Assembly (NCBI GenBank): GCA_951406725.2
Contig: OX597818.1
Location: 48,298,001 to 48,362,000, forward strand
From: Octopus vulgaris
Taxonomy: Eukaryota
Direction of reading: 5' to 3'
Length of the DNA stretch: 64,000 nucleotides
In this document: positions 40,886 to 53,624 of the stretch, in pieces
How the letters are laid out: the number at the start of each line of letters is the position of its first letter
Numbering within the stretch: the first letter of the stretch is position 1
The notes under the pieces: generated by a model
Seen by the model: the letters and a program-made list of their open reading frames with translations, nothing else
The model's database searches: none
Told to the model about the DNA's origin: nothing
Translations under genes and position numbers: made by a program

Positions 40886-41014
40886 AGACCCTACAAAATG
40901 ACAGAGACTGCTAGTCATTGTTCAATCACAGAGGCTGTTTTACCTCCGTGTCGTATATGTGGGGAGAAAGCTTCAGGATTTCATTATGGTGTTAATACAT
41001 GTGAGGCATGTAAG
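40886..41014 (+). CDS. Nuclear receptor coding exon 1 (first zinc finger, P-box CEACK); candidate ATG at 40898
   Basis: Polypyrimidine tract + ttcag acceptor ending 40885; reads [43 protein letters not shown]; donor aag|gtgggt at 41014/41015, phase 0. Upstream exon(s) must exist if the acceptor is used but were not identified. Confidence 0.93.
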
Positions 41015-41558
41015 GTGGGTTGGACTTTATGCTTTTACAGGTTTTAAACTTTCTAACTTGCATTAATTCTCATTCTTGATCCTGTTACATCAGCTTGCCT
41101 AAATTGTTGCTTTGCTTTTTGTCAAATACACTATTTCCTAACGATCATGTTTGTTTTTTTATCGTTGGATTTTTGGAAATATGCAATATAAGCTCATTAT
41201 CTCAGCAGTCAGTATTTTTAATTTGAATGTCATGAAAAATTGAAAGCAAAAAAAAAATAAATAAATAAAATTAAAATGACAACAAAAGTTTAAAACAGTG
41301 CTTTTATATTAATTATAAATAGACTTATTCATTTTTAGATTATTTGATTAATTATAAATATCCTTATTTATTTTTAGATAATCTGACCAATTTGAATTAT
41401 AAATATTTGTTTTTAGATAATTTTAAATGAAAAATAAAACCTAATTCTTTTCTCCTTTTTTTTTTTTGTACCTGTTTTCTTTTTTGAAACCATTTTTTAT
41501 TCTTCAAAGTCATAAGTTTTAAATCTGTAAATCAGTTCATTAGCAAGTATTCTAGTAT

Positions 41559-41893
41559 GAAGGTGCATGGCTCAGTGGTTAGAGCGTCGAGCTTATAATC
41601 GTGAAGTTGTGAGTTCGAATCCCAGACTGGGCTGTGTGGTGTGTTCTTGAGCAAGACACTTTATTTCACGTTGCTCCAGTTCACTCAGCTGTAGAAATGA
41701 GTTGCAGTTTCCCTGGTACCAAGCTGTATCGGACTTTTCCTTTCCCTTGGATAACATTGGTGGTGTGGAGAGGTAAGGCTGGTATGCATGGGCGACTGCT
41801 GGCCTTCCATAAACAACCTTGCTCGGACTTGTGCCTGAGAGGGTAACTTTTGAGGTGCAATCCCATGGTCATACATGACCCAAGGAGGTCTCA
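41559..41893 (+). mobile_element. tRNA-derived SINE family D
   Basis: A-box tggctcagtggttagagc, B-box gagttcgaatccc. Confidence 0.86.
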
Positions 41894-42253
41894 GCAAATT
41901 CTACTATGGTTCTACATATTGAGGAAATTAAGCCATCTCATTCTATAACATTCTCATAGTGAGAATACTACAGGATGTTGCAACTGTTTCCTAGCACAAA
42001 ATATATTTGTCTTGTTTGCCCTGTTAATTATAAATTAATACCACCTATAATTACTTTAATCCAAATTTTCTTAAATGGAATCAGCCTCCCATTATCATCA
42101 TCGTTCTCTGAACATTATTGTCTTAAGGCCTAGACCAGACCTCGCCAACTCGAATTACATTGCAGGCCACTTTAATCACAAAGTTTTTTGAGGGCTGCTT
42201 GTATACTGACAGAATTGAAAGCATTTTGTTTTCTCATGCTATTACTACAATAG

Positions 42254-42940
42254 CATCATCATCATCATCATCATTTAACGTCCACTTTCCATGCTGGAAT
42301 GGGTTGGACAGTTTGACTGAGGACTGGCGAGCCAGATGGCTGCACCAGGCTCCAATCTGATCTGGTAGAGTTTCTACAGCTGGATGCCCTTCCTAACGCC
42401 AACCACTCCGAGAGTGTAGTGGGTGTTTTTTATATGCTACTGGCACGAGAGCCAGTCAGGCAGTACTGGTGATGGCCATGCTCAAATTGTCTTTTATATG
42501 TATCACCTGCACAGGAGCCAGTCCAGCAGCACTGGCAACGACCTCACTCAAATGTTGTTTTTCACATGCTACCGGTACAAGTACCAGTAAGGTGACACTG
42601 GTAATGATCACACTCGAATGGTGCTTTTTATATGCCACCGAGAGCTAATCAGCAGCCCTGGCAACAATCATGCTCGGATGGTGCGTATATATATATATAT
42701 ATATATCATGTAAAAAGCACAATTCGAGTGTGACAGATGCCAGTGTCACCTGACTGGCTCCCATGCTGGTGGCACGTAAAAACATCCACTACACTCTTGG
42801 AGTGGTTGGCGTTAGGAAGGGCATCCAGCTGTAGAAACCTTGCCAAATCAGATTGGAGCCTGGTGCATCCTCCTACCTTGCCAGTTCTCAGTCAAACTGT
42901 CCAACCCATGCCAGCATGGAAAGAGGGCATTAAATGACAA
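42254..42940. mobile_element. Two family C copies in inverted (head-to-head) orientation in NR intron 1
   Basis: Minus copy 42254-42685, (TA)n spacer, plus copy 42706-42940. Confidence 0.8.
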
Positions 42941-42962
42941 CAGTGATTATGATATGTGTGTG

Positions 42963-42998
<36 letters not shown>

Positions 42999-43704
42999 AA
43001 CACAAACACACACACATGTTGGGCTTCTTTCAGTTTCCACCTACCACATCCAGTCACAAGGCTTTGGTTGGCTTGGGACTATAGTAGAAGACACTTACCC
43101 AAGGTGTCTTCCCATGCACTAGGACTGAAACTTTGTTGAGAAGCAAACTTCTTACTATACATACATACGTGTGCACACACACAGAGTTTATCAAGACTCA
43201 AACTCATTGTCTTTATTTCCAACACAAGTTTCAACAGACTTAATCACAATGCTAATCCCATAACCCAATTGCTGGTGAAATTTGGGGTCATCTGATGATT
43301 CCTTTCTTGGACAGAACCCACTGACTGTTTGTTTTTTTATATACTGTTAATCTGTCATTGATTTCAGTTAACAGTATTCTTTTAATCTTATATTTATCAA
43401 GGAATGGCAATTATTAAATAGTTTTCTCTCTAGGGAAGTGCATAGAATTATGTATAAAGTTCATGTGACCCAAAAAGAATGGGACATTCTCCTGATACTG
43501 TCAGGAAACAAATTGTAGAGACATGCTGTTAAAGTTTCATGTCTTAAATTTCCCTTGTGAAGCATTGATTAATCTTATTAATAACACCTTGTTAAACAAA
43601 GCATTAGAGAAAAGAATGTATGTGTTGTACTTAAAATACTTGAAGCTTTTTCATTTATATATTTTACTGGTTTGAATAACCTGGATAAATTATTTAATTT
43701 TTAG

Positions 43705-43846
43705 GGGTTTTTTCGGCGAAGTCTACAAAGAAAAGAAGAATATAAATGCCCTGGAATTGAAAATTGTGAAATTAGTCCAGGAAAGCGTAATGCGTGTGCA
43801 TTTTGTCGATTTAAGAAATGTCTTTCTATGGGAATGTCAAAAGAAG
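43705..43846 (+). CDS. Nuclear receptor coding exon 2 (second zinc finger)
   Basis: tttttag acceptor; GFFRRSLQRKEEYKCPGIENCEISPGKRNACAFCRFKKCLSMGMSKE; donor g|gtaagt, phase 1. Not present in the ORF track. Confidence 0.95.
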
Positions 43847-45729
43847 GTAAGTTTGTCTCTACATCAAGAGATCATACTTAAATTCATTATCGTCATATTA
43901 TGTCTGATGACCATGCTGGCATAGGTTGAATGGTTTGACCAGAGCTGGGGAGCTGCACCAGTCTCCAATCTGATTTGGCATGGTTTCTATGGCTGGATGT
44001 CCTTCCTAAAGCCAACCACTCCACAATGTGTGCTGGGTGCTTTTACATGGCACTTTCTCAAGTGCTTTTCACCACCAGAAAGACCAGTCTTATCACTTCT
44101 CCTGTTGAATATGGGTCTTCTTGCGTACAAGGTGCCAAGCATCTCTGTCCTTTATCATCTCACCTGAATGGTTCAGCATCATGAGATTGTTCTTCAGTAC
44201 TTCATCCCATGTCTTCCTGGGCCTCCCACTTCCATAAGACAGACGAAATACCACTAAGCATTTTGTCCGGTGTGCTAACAATTCTACCAGCTCACCGCCT
44301 TAATCTTCTTGAACAGTGTCTTTCAAGTGGGAAGTACTGTTAATATAAAAGAATATTTTCTGATTAGTTACTTAGTTTTTGATCTGATGATAATCATTTT
44401 CAAAAATAAAGCGAAATATATACATTCCTCACAATTGGAGAATATTTTGTATAATTTGTTGCTCCAAAGTGAAGAACTTAGAATGGACCATTCAAAAAAA
44501 AAAAAACACTTAACTCTGTTGTAAAGTCTTTTCATGGAAACTTTGCATTTTGCTTTCAAAGAAATTAGAATCAAGAATATCCTAAGTGATTTAACACTGT
44601 CTGAATGAATTCAGCCAAAAAGTATTGCTTTCATTCATTTATTATATTCATAACATGAGCTATGTCTTTACATTCAATCCACACCCATTGAAAATTTTAA
44701 ATCTTTAGCCTCCCACATCCTGCCATGTCATGCCTTCCTTTTTGTACCATAATAATAAAAGTTTCTACTCTTCATCATCATTATCATCATCATCGTTTAA
44801 CATCCGTTCTCCATGCTAGCATGGGTTGGATGGTTCAACCGGGGATCTGGGAAGCCAGAAGGCTGCACAAGGCTCCGCTCTGATCTGGCAGTGTTTCTAC
44901 AGCTGGATGCCCTTCCTAACGCCAACCACTCTGTCAGTGTAGTGGGTGCTTTTTACGTGCCACCAGCACAGGTGCCAGGCGAGGCTGGCAATGGCCACAA
45001 TCGGATTGGTGCCTTTTACGTGCCACTGGCACGGAAGCCAGTCAAGGCGGTGCTGGCATCGGCCACGTTTGGATGGTGCTTTTTACATGCTACTGGCACC
45101 AGAAAGCATTTTCTAATTAATTACCAAATGCAATGAATTATCTTTCAAGTTAGACAGGCTTCGTTTAGACAATGTAGGCTTCATTCTGGGCTGCTAAACA
45201 TCTGGAACCAATTAAGAATTCTTTGCACCAAGCATGTCTTCTGTTTTCATGTTGTGCTATTTTAAGACATGTTTTAAGACAAGTACAAATGCTTCTTTTC
45301 TAAGAAATTCCAACAGGCAAAAATTAGCTTAAAATGTTTATAGAACACCGTTTAACAACTTCCCTAGAAGTGATTATGGTTATAACTGTTCTCAACTTCA
45401 TTTTAGTTCATCAACTTTTAATCTTTTGCGATATTACCTTAGCTTAGCTTACATTGGCTTTCCTTAATAAATTTTTCCAACTGTATTTCTGATATATATA
45501 ATATAGACACGTGTGTGGCTTTAGATAGGTGCAGAGGTGGCTATATGGTTGAGGAACTTGCTTCCCCTCCCTGCCAACTGTGTGGTCTTAGGTTCAGTCT
45601 CACTGCATGGCACCTAGGATAGGTATCTTCTACTAAAGCCCCAGGCTAATTAAAACCTTGCGAATGGGCTTGGTAGACAGAAACTGAAAGAAGCCTGTTG
45701 TATGTGTATCTCTTCTATTTTTTAATTAT

Positions 45730-46910
45730 ATAAATCTTCTTCTACTGAGGAGGGAGCTGGTTTCCAACAAAGACACAAGGCTCCATCTTTGGGATGTAGT
45801 TTACACAGACAAATTCACATTTGGAACTTGAGAAAAGTCATGCATATTTTTGCTGTTCCACTCACAGATTGCGCTTGTAATGTACAAATTAGCCGGTTGA
45901 TTTCTCTTTCTGGAAATCCCAGTTTTTCCAGATTCTCCTTTAAGCATTTACTAACAATGCCTAGTGCTCCAATTATTATTAGTATGAATATGAATTCATA
46001 GTCTGAATATAAAAGCTAGAGGTTTCAAAGCAGTTGGCCATAGATATACTCTTTTCTCTTTGATTTTCAAAGAGATATTTAGATCTGCAGGGCAGCTGAC
46101 CTTCAATGATGGTACATACCTTTGCCCCTCTGTTGCAAACAACAATATCCAGCCTATTATGTTTACATTTGACAGAAGTTTTGATAGGAATATTCCAACA
46201 GTATTCTTTGAGTTGGTGTTTATGAGGGATTTTCTAAGTTTATTTCAGGACAGTCTTTTTTAGTAGATGGCATTGTAAATTGTTTTAGCAACACCATGCC
46301 ACATAGGGAGGTAGTACTATGATGACATTTTAGGACAGCTGCTAATCACACGTGTGATGTCTTCCACAGAAACATGACATAGCCTACACATGTGGTTGCA
46401 CCTTGGGATTATAAGAGTGTCACTGTCCCTCTTGTTCATCAGGCAATCTCCTGTTTCTGGATTGCAAATGCATAGTTTTCAAAGTGTGATGTAATGGTCT
46501 TGTGTCCAAGAGAGGCTGCGCTTCATATCAATTCTACTGTCTTCTTCAAGCTTCCAGGCAACATATCCATGCATAGTTTGTTTTTTCTTGCATGCTGTGT
46601 GCTTTCCATCCATGTCTTCTCTGAGGTAAGAGAACCCAGCTGTTTTGGGGCTGTATAGGAGATCATCAGGAAGAGAGTGCTTCTTGAGGAGTTCACTGCC
46701 AACTCATACAATGCTGCTCACTTCACTTTTCAGCACTGCATCTATATATTTATTTTTGCTGCAGCTGTTTAGCAGGTGTTACCTGAGTGAGACCATATGA
46801 CATTCAAAGGCTGTCTGCACTGATTTCAGGCCTCTACCACCTTAATTTCTTCTTAGGTGGGACCTGTCAACATCACTGTTTCTGTGGAAGTTCCTAGTTG
46901 TTGTCCATGC
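45730..46910 (-). mobile_element. Degenerate R4/Dong-like non-LTR retrotransposon 3' end (CCHC finger + restriction-like endonuclease)
   Basis: Minus-strand translation with frameshifts gives EDITHVISSCPKMS, WNIPIKTSVKCKHNRLDIVV..IIE/VSCPADLNI and IIIGALGIV, the RLE-domain motifs of early-branching LINEs. Confidence 0.75.
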
Positions 46911-47565
46911 ATCACCTTGTAGTTTTGAGATTTCAATGATGTGATTGTTCATTTTTAGAATAATACTATAGGGAAAGTGTGAGAGGTTGGATCTGACCAG
47001 TTTGAAGATAAAACAAGTAGATTATTTAGGCCAGATATGGCCGGTATAAATGCTAAAGGATTAAAATTTTTTTACTTGGTGGCAAAATTTTCACCACACT
47101 AACTGCATCCTTGTCACTGACATGGTTCTATTACAGTGGAACTGCATCAGTGATGAGGTTGCAGTTGGTGCAATGAAAGTTTTGATGCCACATAAATACT
47201 TCAGGAAAGTTAGCAGTTTCTGTATCATCATCATTTAACGTCTGTTGTCCATTCTGGCATGGGTTGGACAGTTTGACCGGGGTTGGTAAGCTGAGAGGCT
47301 GCATTTGACTCCAGTCTGATTTGGCATGCTTTCTATGGCTGGATGCCTTTCGTAATACCAACCACTCTGAGAGTGTAATGGGTGCTTTTACATGCCACCG
47401 GCACAGGTGCCAGTTATGTCATACCAGCATCAGCCACATTGCCTCCATGAGGCCCAACACTCGAATGATGCTTTTTATGTGCCACCAGCATGGGTCCCAG
47501 TTACATGACACCAGCATTGGCCACATTGCCTCCATGAGGCAATGTATGTTTTTGAATAGCTAACA

Positions 47566-47965
47566 TAGCGTAGGAGTGACTGTGTGGAAAGTAGCTTGCT
47601 TACCAACCACATGGTTCCGGGTTCATTCCCACTGCGTGGCACCTTGGGCAAGTGTCTTCTACTGTAGCCTCGGGCCGACCAAAGCCTTGTGAGTGGATTT
47701 GGTTGACGGAAACTGAAAGAAGCCCGTCGTATATATGTATATATATATGTATGTATGTGTGTGTGTGTGTATATGTTTGTCCCCCCAACATCGCTTGACA
47801 ACCGATGCTGGTGTGTTTACGTCCCTGTAACATAGCGGTTCAGCAAAAGGGACTGATAGAATAAGTACTAGGCTTACAAAGAATAAGTCCTGGGGTCGAT
47901 TTGCTCAACTAAAGGCGGTGCTCCAGCATGGCCACAGTCAAATGACTGAAACAAGTAAAAGAGTA
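47566..47965 (+). mobile_element. SINE family A (intron 2 of the NR coding region)
   Basis: Full-length copy. Confidence 0.86.
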
Positions 47966-48130
47966 AAAAAAATAAGAGTGTTTTTTATGTTGAAATTTAT
48001 ATCATATTCACCATTAATACTTCTTGTTGTATCATCTGATTTTAGATTGAGTTGAAATAAATAACTAGAAAATGTAATTTGAAGAAAAACAATTAATAAA
48101 GAGTTTTCTTTTCTCTGTTTGAATTTTTAG

Positions 48131-48342
48131 CTATTAAAACAGGACGCTACACCTTAGAGAAAAGAACTAAAGATATTCAAGAAGTAAAACGTTTGCAGAA
48201 AGCTGAACTTTCTCCACCTCTTGGCAACTCAGATGAAGATCTTGAAGAACTCATTGCAATCATTACAAAAGCCCATGACATCTATGGACAGGAATGTGTT
48301 TTTGATGAAGAGGAAGTAAAAAGACGACAGCGAATTTATTAT
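48131..48342 (+). CDS. Nuclear receptor coding exon 3 (T-box, hinge, LBD helix 1)
   Basis: tttttag acceptor; (A)IKTGRYTLEKRTKDIQEVKRLQKAELSPPLGNSDEDLEELIAIITKAHDIYGQECVFDEEEVKRRQRIYY; donor |gtaagt, phase 0; frame continuous with exon 2. Confidence 0.92.
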
Positions 48343-48814
48343 GTAAGTTGTTATATTTCATCATGTAGTCACTGGGTTCAATCTCACTACTTGGCACCTT
48401 GGACAAATGTCTTCTGCCATAGCTCCAGGTTGACCAAAGTCTTGTGAGTAGTTTTTGTTATAGAAACTGAAAGAAGCCCATGGTGTGTGTGTGTGTGTGT
48501 CCATCATTATCTAAACATGAAGTGATGGTTATAAACGAGCATTACTATCATACAGAGGATGTTCATTTTCAGTCTTCCTCATATTTTTTTTTTCTAGTCC
48601 TCTATGAAAATTATTTCTGGTCATGGTGAAATATTACCTTGCTTGCAAACAGGTGAGGGTTGACGACAGGAAAGGCATCCAGCCATAGAAAATCTGCCTC
48701 AACAGATTCCATCTAATCTGTGAAAGCATGAAAAAAGTGGTTACTAAATGATGAATATACATAAAGGGCACAAAGGAATTTCTGTTAAGCACTGCCAAAT
48801 AGACCTCCACACTT

Positions 48815-49157
48815 TGTGTGACCCCCTTCGGTCAGACTCTGACCATGGGTTTGCACCTAGAGAGTTACCCTCTGAGGCGCAAGTCTGGGCAAGGTTGTTT
48901 TATGGAAGACCAGCAGTCGCCCATGCATACCGGCCTCCCCTCTCCACACCACCGAGTGTTGTCCAAGGGAAAGGCAAAGGGGCTGATACAGCTTGGCACC
49001 TGTGACGTCGCAACTCATTTCTACAGTTGAGTGAACTGGAGCAACGTGAAATAAAGTGTCTTGCTCAAGAACACAACACACAGCCCGGTCCGGGATTCGA
49101 GCTCACAACCTCACAATCGTAAGCTCGACGCTCTAACCACTGAGCCACGCGCCTTCA
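48815..49157 (-). mobile_element. tRNA-derived SINE family D
   Basis: Reverse copy; flanking direct repeat agacctccacact. Confidence 0.86.
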
Positions 49158-49656
49158 CACTAAACAGACCTCCACACTAAACAGCCTCAAAAAGTACAGG
49201 CTCAGAGTTTTGGGGCAAGTGTTGCCACTTTGACAAGTTTCTGTTGAAATTCTGGAAGCTAATATCACTACAAGACTAAGGAGCAAGCAGGGATCCTAAG
49301 CTTATTTATTGACCTTATAACCTGGATTGAAGCCTACTTTCAATGTAGCCACGACCTTTAGTGACCCTTATATTTACTACATGCATAAACTCATATGGAA
49401 CTTCCTGTGTCATCCCAATATATCTTTCATCCTTTTTATGCACCCATTTCCACAACCCACTCTGCCCTTTGCTTAACAGTTACTTTCCGAGAAATTAGTA
49501 ATCTTAGTATTATATTTACGGTGATGTACTTGCATAGCAAGTCACCTGATCTGAGATTGTGTGCTGGAACGAAAAAAATTGCAGCATGGAAGGTGTTTAT
49601 AAGCTATTTAAGAAACACACAAAATCCGTTAGATTCACTTCAACATTTAAATTTAA

Positions 49657-49707
49657 TTTGTCAAAATATTTTCGTCACTTTGAGAACGCGACCTGTTCAC
49701 TGACAAA
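49657..49707 (-). ncRNA. Minimal hammerhead motif HHR-4 with G3-C8 compensatory swap
   Basis: Minus strand: UUUGUCA GUGAACA G GUCGC guucucaaa GUGAC GAAAAUAUUU UGACAAA; 7-bp stem I, 5-bp stem II, palindromic AAUAUU stem III. Confidence 0.7.
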
Positions 49708-50364
49708 ATTCCGTGCTGCAGATTAGGACTGAAATTATGTTTGCTGATACAAGGGAAGTAACTACGTAGTTGAAGCTAAATTATCTCCCTATGATACCTA
49801 CGACTGGAAGCTAAATCATCATTGTTTTAACGTCTACTTTTCTATGCTAGCATGTGTCAGATGGAATTCGTCAAGGCAGAATTTCTAAAACTGGATGCCC
49901 TTCCTGTCGCTAGCTTCTCTTGTTTCCAAGCATGGTAATATTTCCCCATATCCACACACATTTTTCATGTAAGATTGATCATTATTTGTATGACAACGAC
50001 ACTTGTTTATAACCATCACATGATGTCTATACAAAGGTTTGCGCACGCATGCACCCACACACTCTGTCTCATATATGTATATATGACGGGTTTCTTTCAA
50101 CCAAATCCACTCTCAAGTCTTTGGTTGACCCTGGGTTATAGTGGAAGACAATTGCCCCAGGTGTCACACAGTGGGACTGAACCAGAGACCAAGTTTCTGA
50201 ATCACACAGCCACACCGTTTATTACTTTTCATTGTCCAAAGATCCTTTAATTTTTAATAGATATATATAATATATCCCTCAGAGATATTAGGTAAACAGT
50301 TGGGTGAAACTTGAAGTAGACAATTTATCAGTTTTTTTTTTTTTGGTGGGGGGGGTCATCTAGT

Positions 50365-50665
50365 TTCAGCTCACGAGCTGTGGCCATGCTGGGGCACCGC
50401 CATTTGGTGTTGCTACATAATGTTACTTCACAAATGCTTCTTAGCAATTGCCATTTGGTGCATGAGAGAGTTTGATGCAGCTGCCCTCATCCGCACCTCC
50501 TGCCGCAAAGTTGGTTCATCTGGGACACCTGACAGGAAGAGGTCTAGCTTTATTTTGAAGACACCTACATCCACAACATGCAGGTCTCTCAGGTCCTTCG
50601 GGAGGATATTGAAGAGCTGAGGACCTCTGAATCCCAGGCTATCGCAGTAACTTATCCTACATCTT
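50365..50665 (-). mobile_element. LINE 3' end fragment (CR1/Jockey group)
   Basis: Minus strand reads LGFRGPQLFNILPKDLRDLHVVDVGVFKIKLDLFLSGVPDEP...RAAASNSL. Confidence 0.7.
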
Positions 50666-50769
50666 AATATAGTTCTGAAAACTATATTAAATCATATACT
50701 TCAAATTGATTCTTTCCCATTGCCTTTTAGTAATTCATTTTATATTACAGTGTGTGTATAAGCCAATGA

Positions 50770-51112
50770 GCTGGCAGACCCGTGGACATGTTTACAAAGT
50801 CAGAAAACAGCACAGCTCCCATGACTTTCGGAAATTTTTCATGCTAAGAGTTGCTGAAGCATGGAACAAACTGCCGGCATTAGATGTTAGTTGTCGGAGC
50901 ACTGCATCCTTCAAAACTTCCATGCTTCCTGAGATTCACCAAAACTACACCTGATTTTCTCCCCTCCATACACACGCAAGCATGTATCTGACTCATGCAT
51001 TGTTCACTTCCCAGACATTTGTACATTAATGCATATGCTTTATACACACTTTTGACAAGTTGTGGTGCACCTGAGCAGTCTATACAATAATTTCATTATT
51101 ATTATTATATTA
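50770..51112 (+). mobile_element. CR1-clade LINE 3' end
   Basis: TRGHVYKVRKQHSSHDFRKFFMLRVAEAWNKLP matches the CR1 C-terminal TRGH...FFxxRVxxxWNxLP motif; (ATT)n tail at ~51095-51110. Confidence 0.8.
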
Positions 51113-51317
51113 TAATCGTTTCTGTGTGAGATGAAATGCTCGACAGCATTTCATCTGTCTTTACATTCTAATTTCAAATTCCGCCAAAGTAGACTTTGCT
51201 TTTCATCTTTCCAAGACCAATAAAATAAATACCAGTTGAGCACTGGGGTCAATAAAGTCAACTAGCCCCTTCCCTGAATTTGCTGGCCTTGTACCAAAAT
51301 TTGAAATCAATATTACT

Positions 51318-51358
<41 letters not shown>

Positions 51359-51684
51359 TATATACATACATGCACACACTGTAATATGTGCGTAACTCGC
51401 TAAAAGATTTCCAAACAAAATTCTGTCCGGAGAGAATGGCCTCTGCACTCAGAACACAAAGAGCTAGAACTGATATTAAAGAATGCCAATCTAATGCCCT
51501 GAACTGGTTCTTCAGGTATTAATTGTTTTATAACTGGATGCTCTTCCTGTCATTAACCCTTACTTGTTTTCAAGTGTATATAGTCACACACATACTTATG
51601 CATGCATGTACATTCAGCTGATAACAAAATCAGATCCATTTTGTATACCAACCTGAAAACCTCATAGCAAAAATATGCATTCAA

Positions 51685-51735
<51 letters not shown>

Positions 51736-52346
51736 TACAAGCATGGCTGTACAGTAAAGAAGTTTCTTCGTTTGCTTTGCAAGCACATGGTTTGGGTTCA
51801 GTCCCACTGGGCAGCACTTTGATCAGTTATCATCTACTATAGCCCCAGGCTACTATGCAGTGTGTGTTCATGTATATTTAAGTTGGTCTGTACCTTGTAG
51901 AAGTATCTCTTTTTTTTATTATATTTATGCACCCTTTTCAAGCCTAGCCTGGCTCATGGGCCCGGTTTCCCAGTTTCTGTAGGATATGTGTTCCCCCCAG
52001 CTGGACGGGACGCCAGTCCATCGCAGCATTACTCAAGAAACAGGAAGAAAGAGTGAGAGAAAGTTGGAGCTTTAGATGTTTTTGCGCAATAACCACACAC
52101 AATGCTCGGTCTGAGAATTGAAACCGTGATCCTCCAGCCATGAGTCTGCTGCCCTAACCACTGAGTCATTGTGCCTCCATAGAAGTATCAGGAATACTTA
52201 AAGTTCAAAACTGTAGTTATATATTTTCCATGTGTAACTACATGGACAATGTATAACTACTTGCAATTTTAAGTTATTTATGAATTTACTTTTTTTTTTT
52301 TTTTTTTCAATGTAATTCATTGATTTGTTTTTTGACTCCTTTTTAG

Positions 52347-52575
52347 GAAGAATATAAACTGAAAGAGTCTGTGTTTGGTGAGTTACCAGCAATATCAAAA
52401 GAGGAATATCATTCATTCTACCATTCCACAGGCATTGACTTAGATAATCGACTCCATCTAATGGAAGTGTATGCCAAATCAATGGAAGAAAATGTCCGGC
52501 GTTTTGTAAATTTTTCTAAATCAATTCCATGTTTCCAGAATTTGACAATAAGTGATCAGAGCAGTCTCATCAAAG
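52347..52575 (+). CDS. Nuclear receptor coding exon 4 (LBD helix 3-4 signature)
   Basis: tttttag acceptor; EEYKLKESVFGELPAISKEEYHSFYHSTGIDLDNRLHLMEVYAKSMEENVRRFVNFSKSIPCFQNLTISDQSSLIK matches the NR signature (F/W)AKxIPGFxxLxxxDQxxLLK; donor g|gtacgt, phase 1. Confidence 0.92.
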
Positions 52576-53522
52576 GTACGTTAGAAGTTTTTTTTCATGT
52601 TCATTAGTGGTAACTTTATCAGCAGCATACACTTTGATATGATTTTGGGAAACAATGTGGCAGAGGTTATTTCTGCCATCATCATCTTTAATGTCCACTT
52701 TTCCATGCTTGCTTGGGTCAAGCAGAATTTGTTGAGGCACATTTTCTACAGCTGGATACCCCTCCTGTCACCAACCATCACTTATTCCGAGTGAGGTAAT
52801 CTATTGCCATGGAAGACAGAAAGCAAACAACACTGCTTGCATCATCATCATCATCATTTAACGTCCGTTTTCCATGCTAGCATGGGTTGGACGGTTCAAC
52901 CAGGGTCTGGGAAGCCAGATGGCTGCACCAGGCTTCAATCTTGATCTGGCAGTGTTTCTACAGCTGGATGCCCTTTCTAAAGCCAACCACTCTGTGAGTG
53001 TAGTGGGTGCTTTTTACGTGCCAGGGGAGGCTGGCAGCGGCCACGATTGGTTGGCGCTTTTTACGTGCCACCAGCACAGAAGCCAGTCAAGGCGGTGCTG
53101 GCATCGGCCACGTTTGGATGGTGCTTTTTACGTGCCACTGGCACAGGTATCAAAACTACAATTTCCATTTGATTTTTATTTTGATGACGCTAATTGACAT
53201 TAGCATGGTGATGCTAATTGGCAATCCTCACATGATATCATGACAAGGGCACACACACACACACACAATAAGCTTCTTTCAGTTTCCATCTACCAAATTC
53301 ATTCACAGAGCATTAGTCAACCCATGTTTATTGCAGAAGACACCTGCCCAAGGTGCCACACAGTGGGACTGAACCCAAGACTACATGATTAGAAAGCACA
53401 CTTTTTAACCACAGCCTCATGTACCAATAAATAAGAAAAAACTTTTTTCAATATATCAAACGATTCTTTGCAAATTGTTTTTCATCTTATATACTCCTAG
53501 TTTTCATCTTATATACAGATTA

Positions 53523-53554
<32 letters not shown>

Positions 53555-53568
53555 CCTCTATATATATG

Positions 53569-53624
<56 letters not shown>

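Noticed and set aside
43225-43270. CTGATGA followed by a short tcc/gga stem
   Set aside because: No GAAA directly after the stem and no stem III/cleavage triplet; likely chance.
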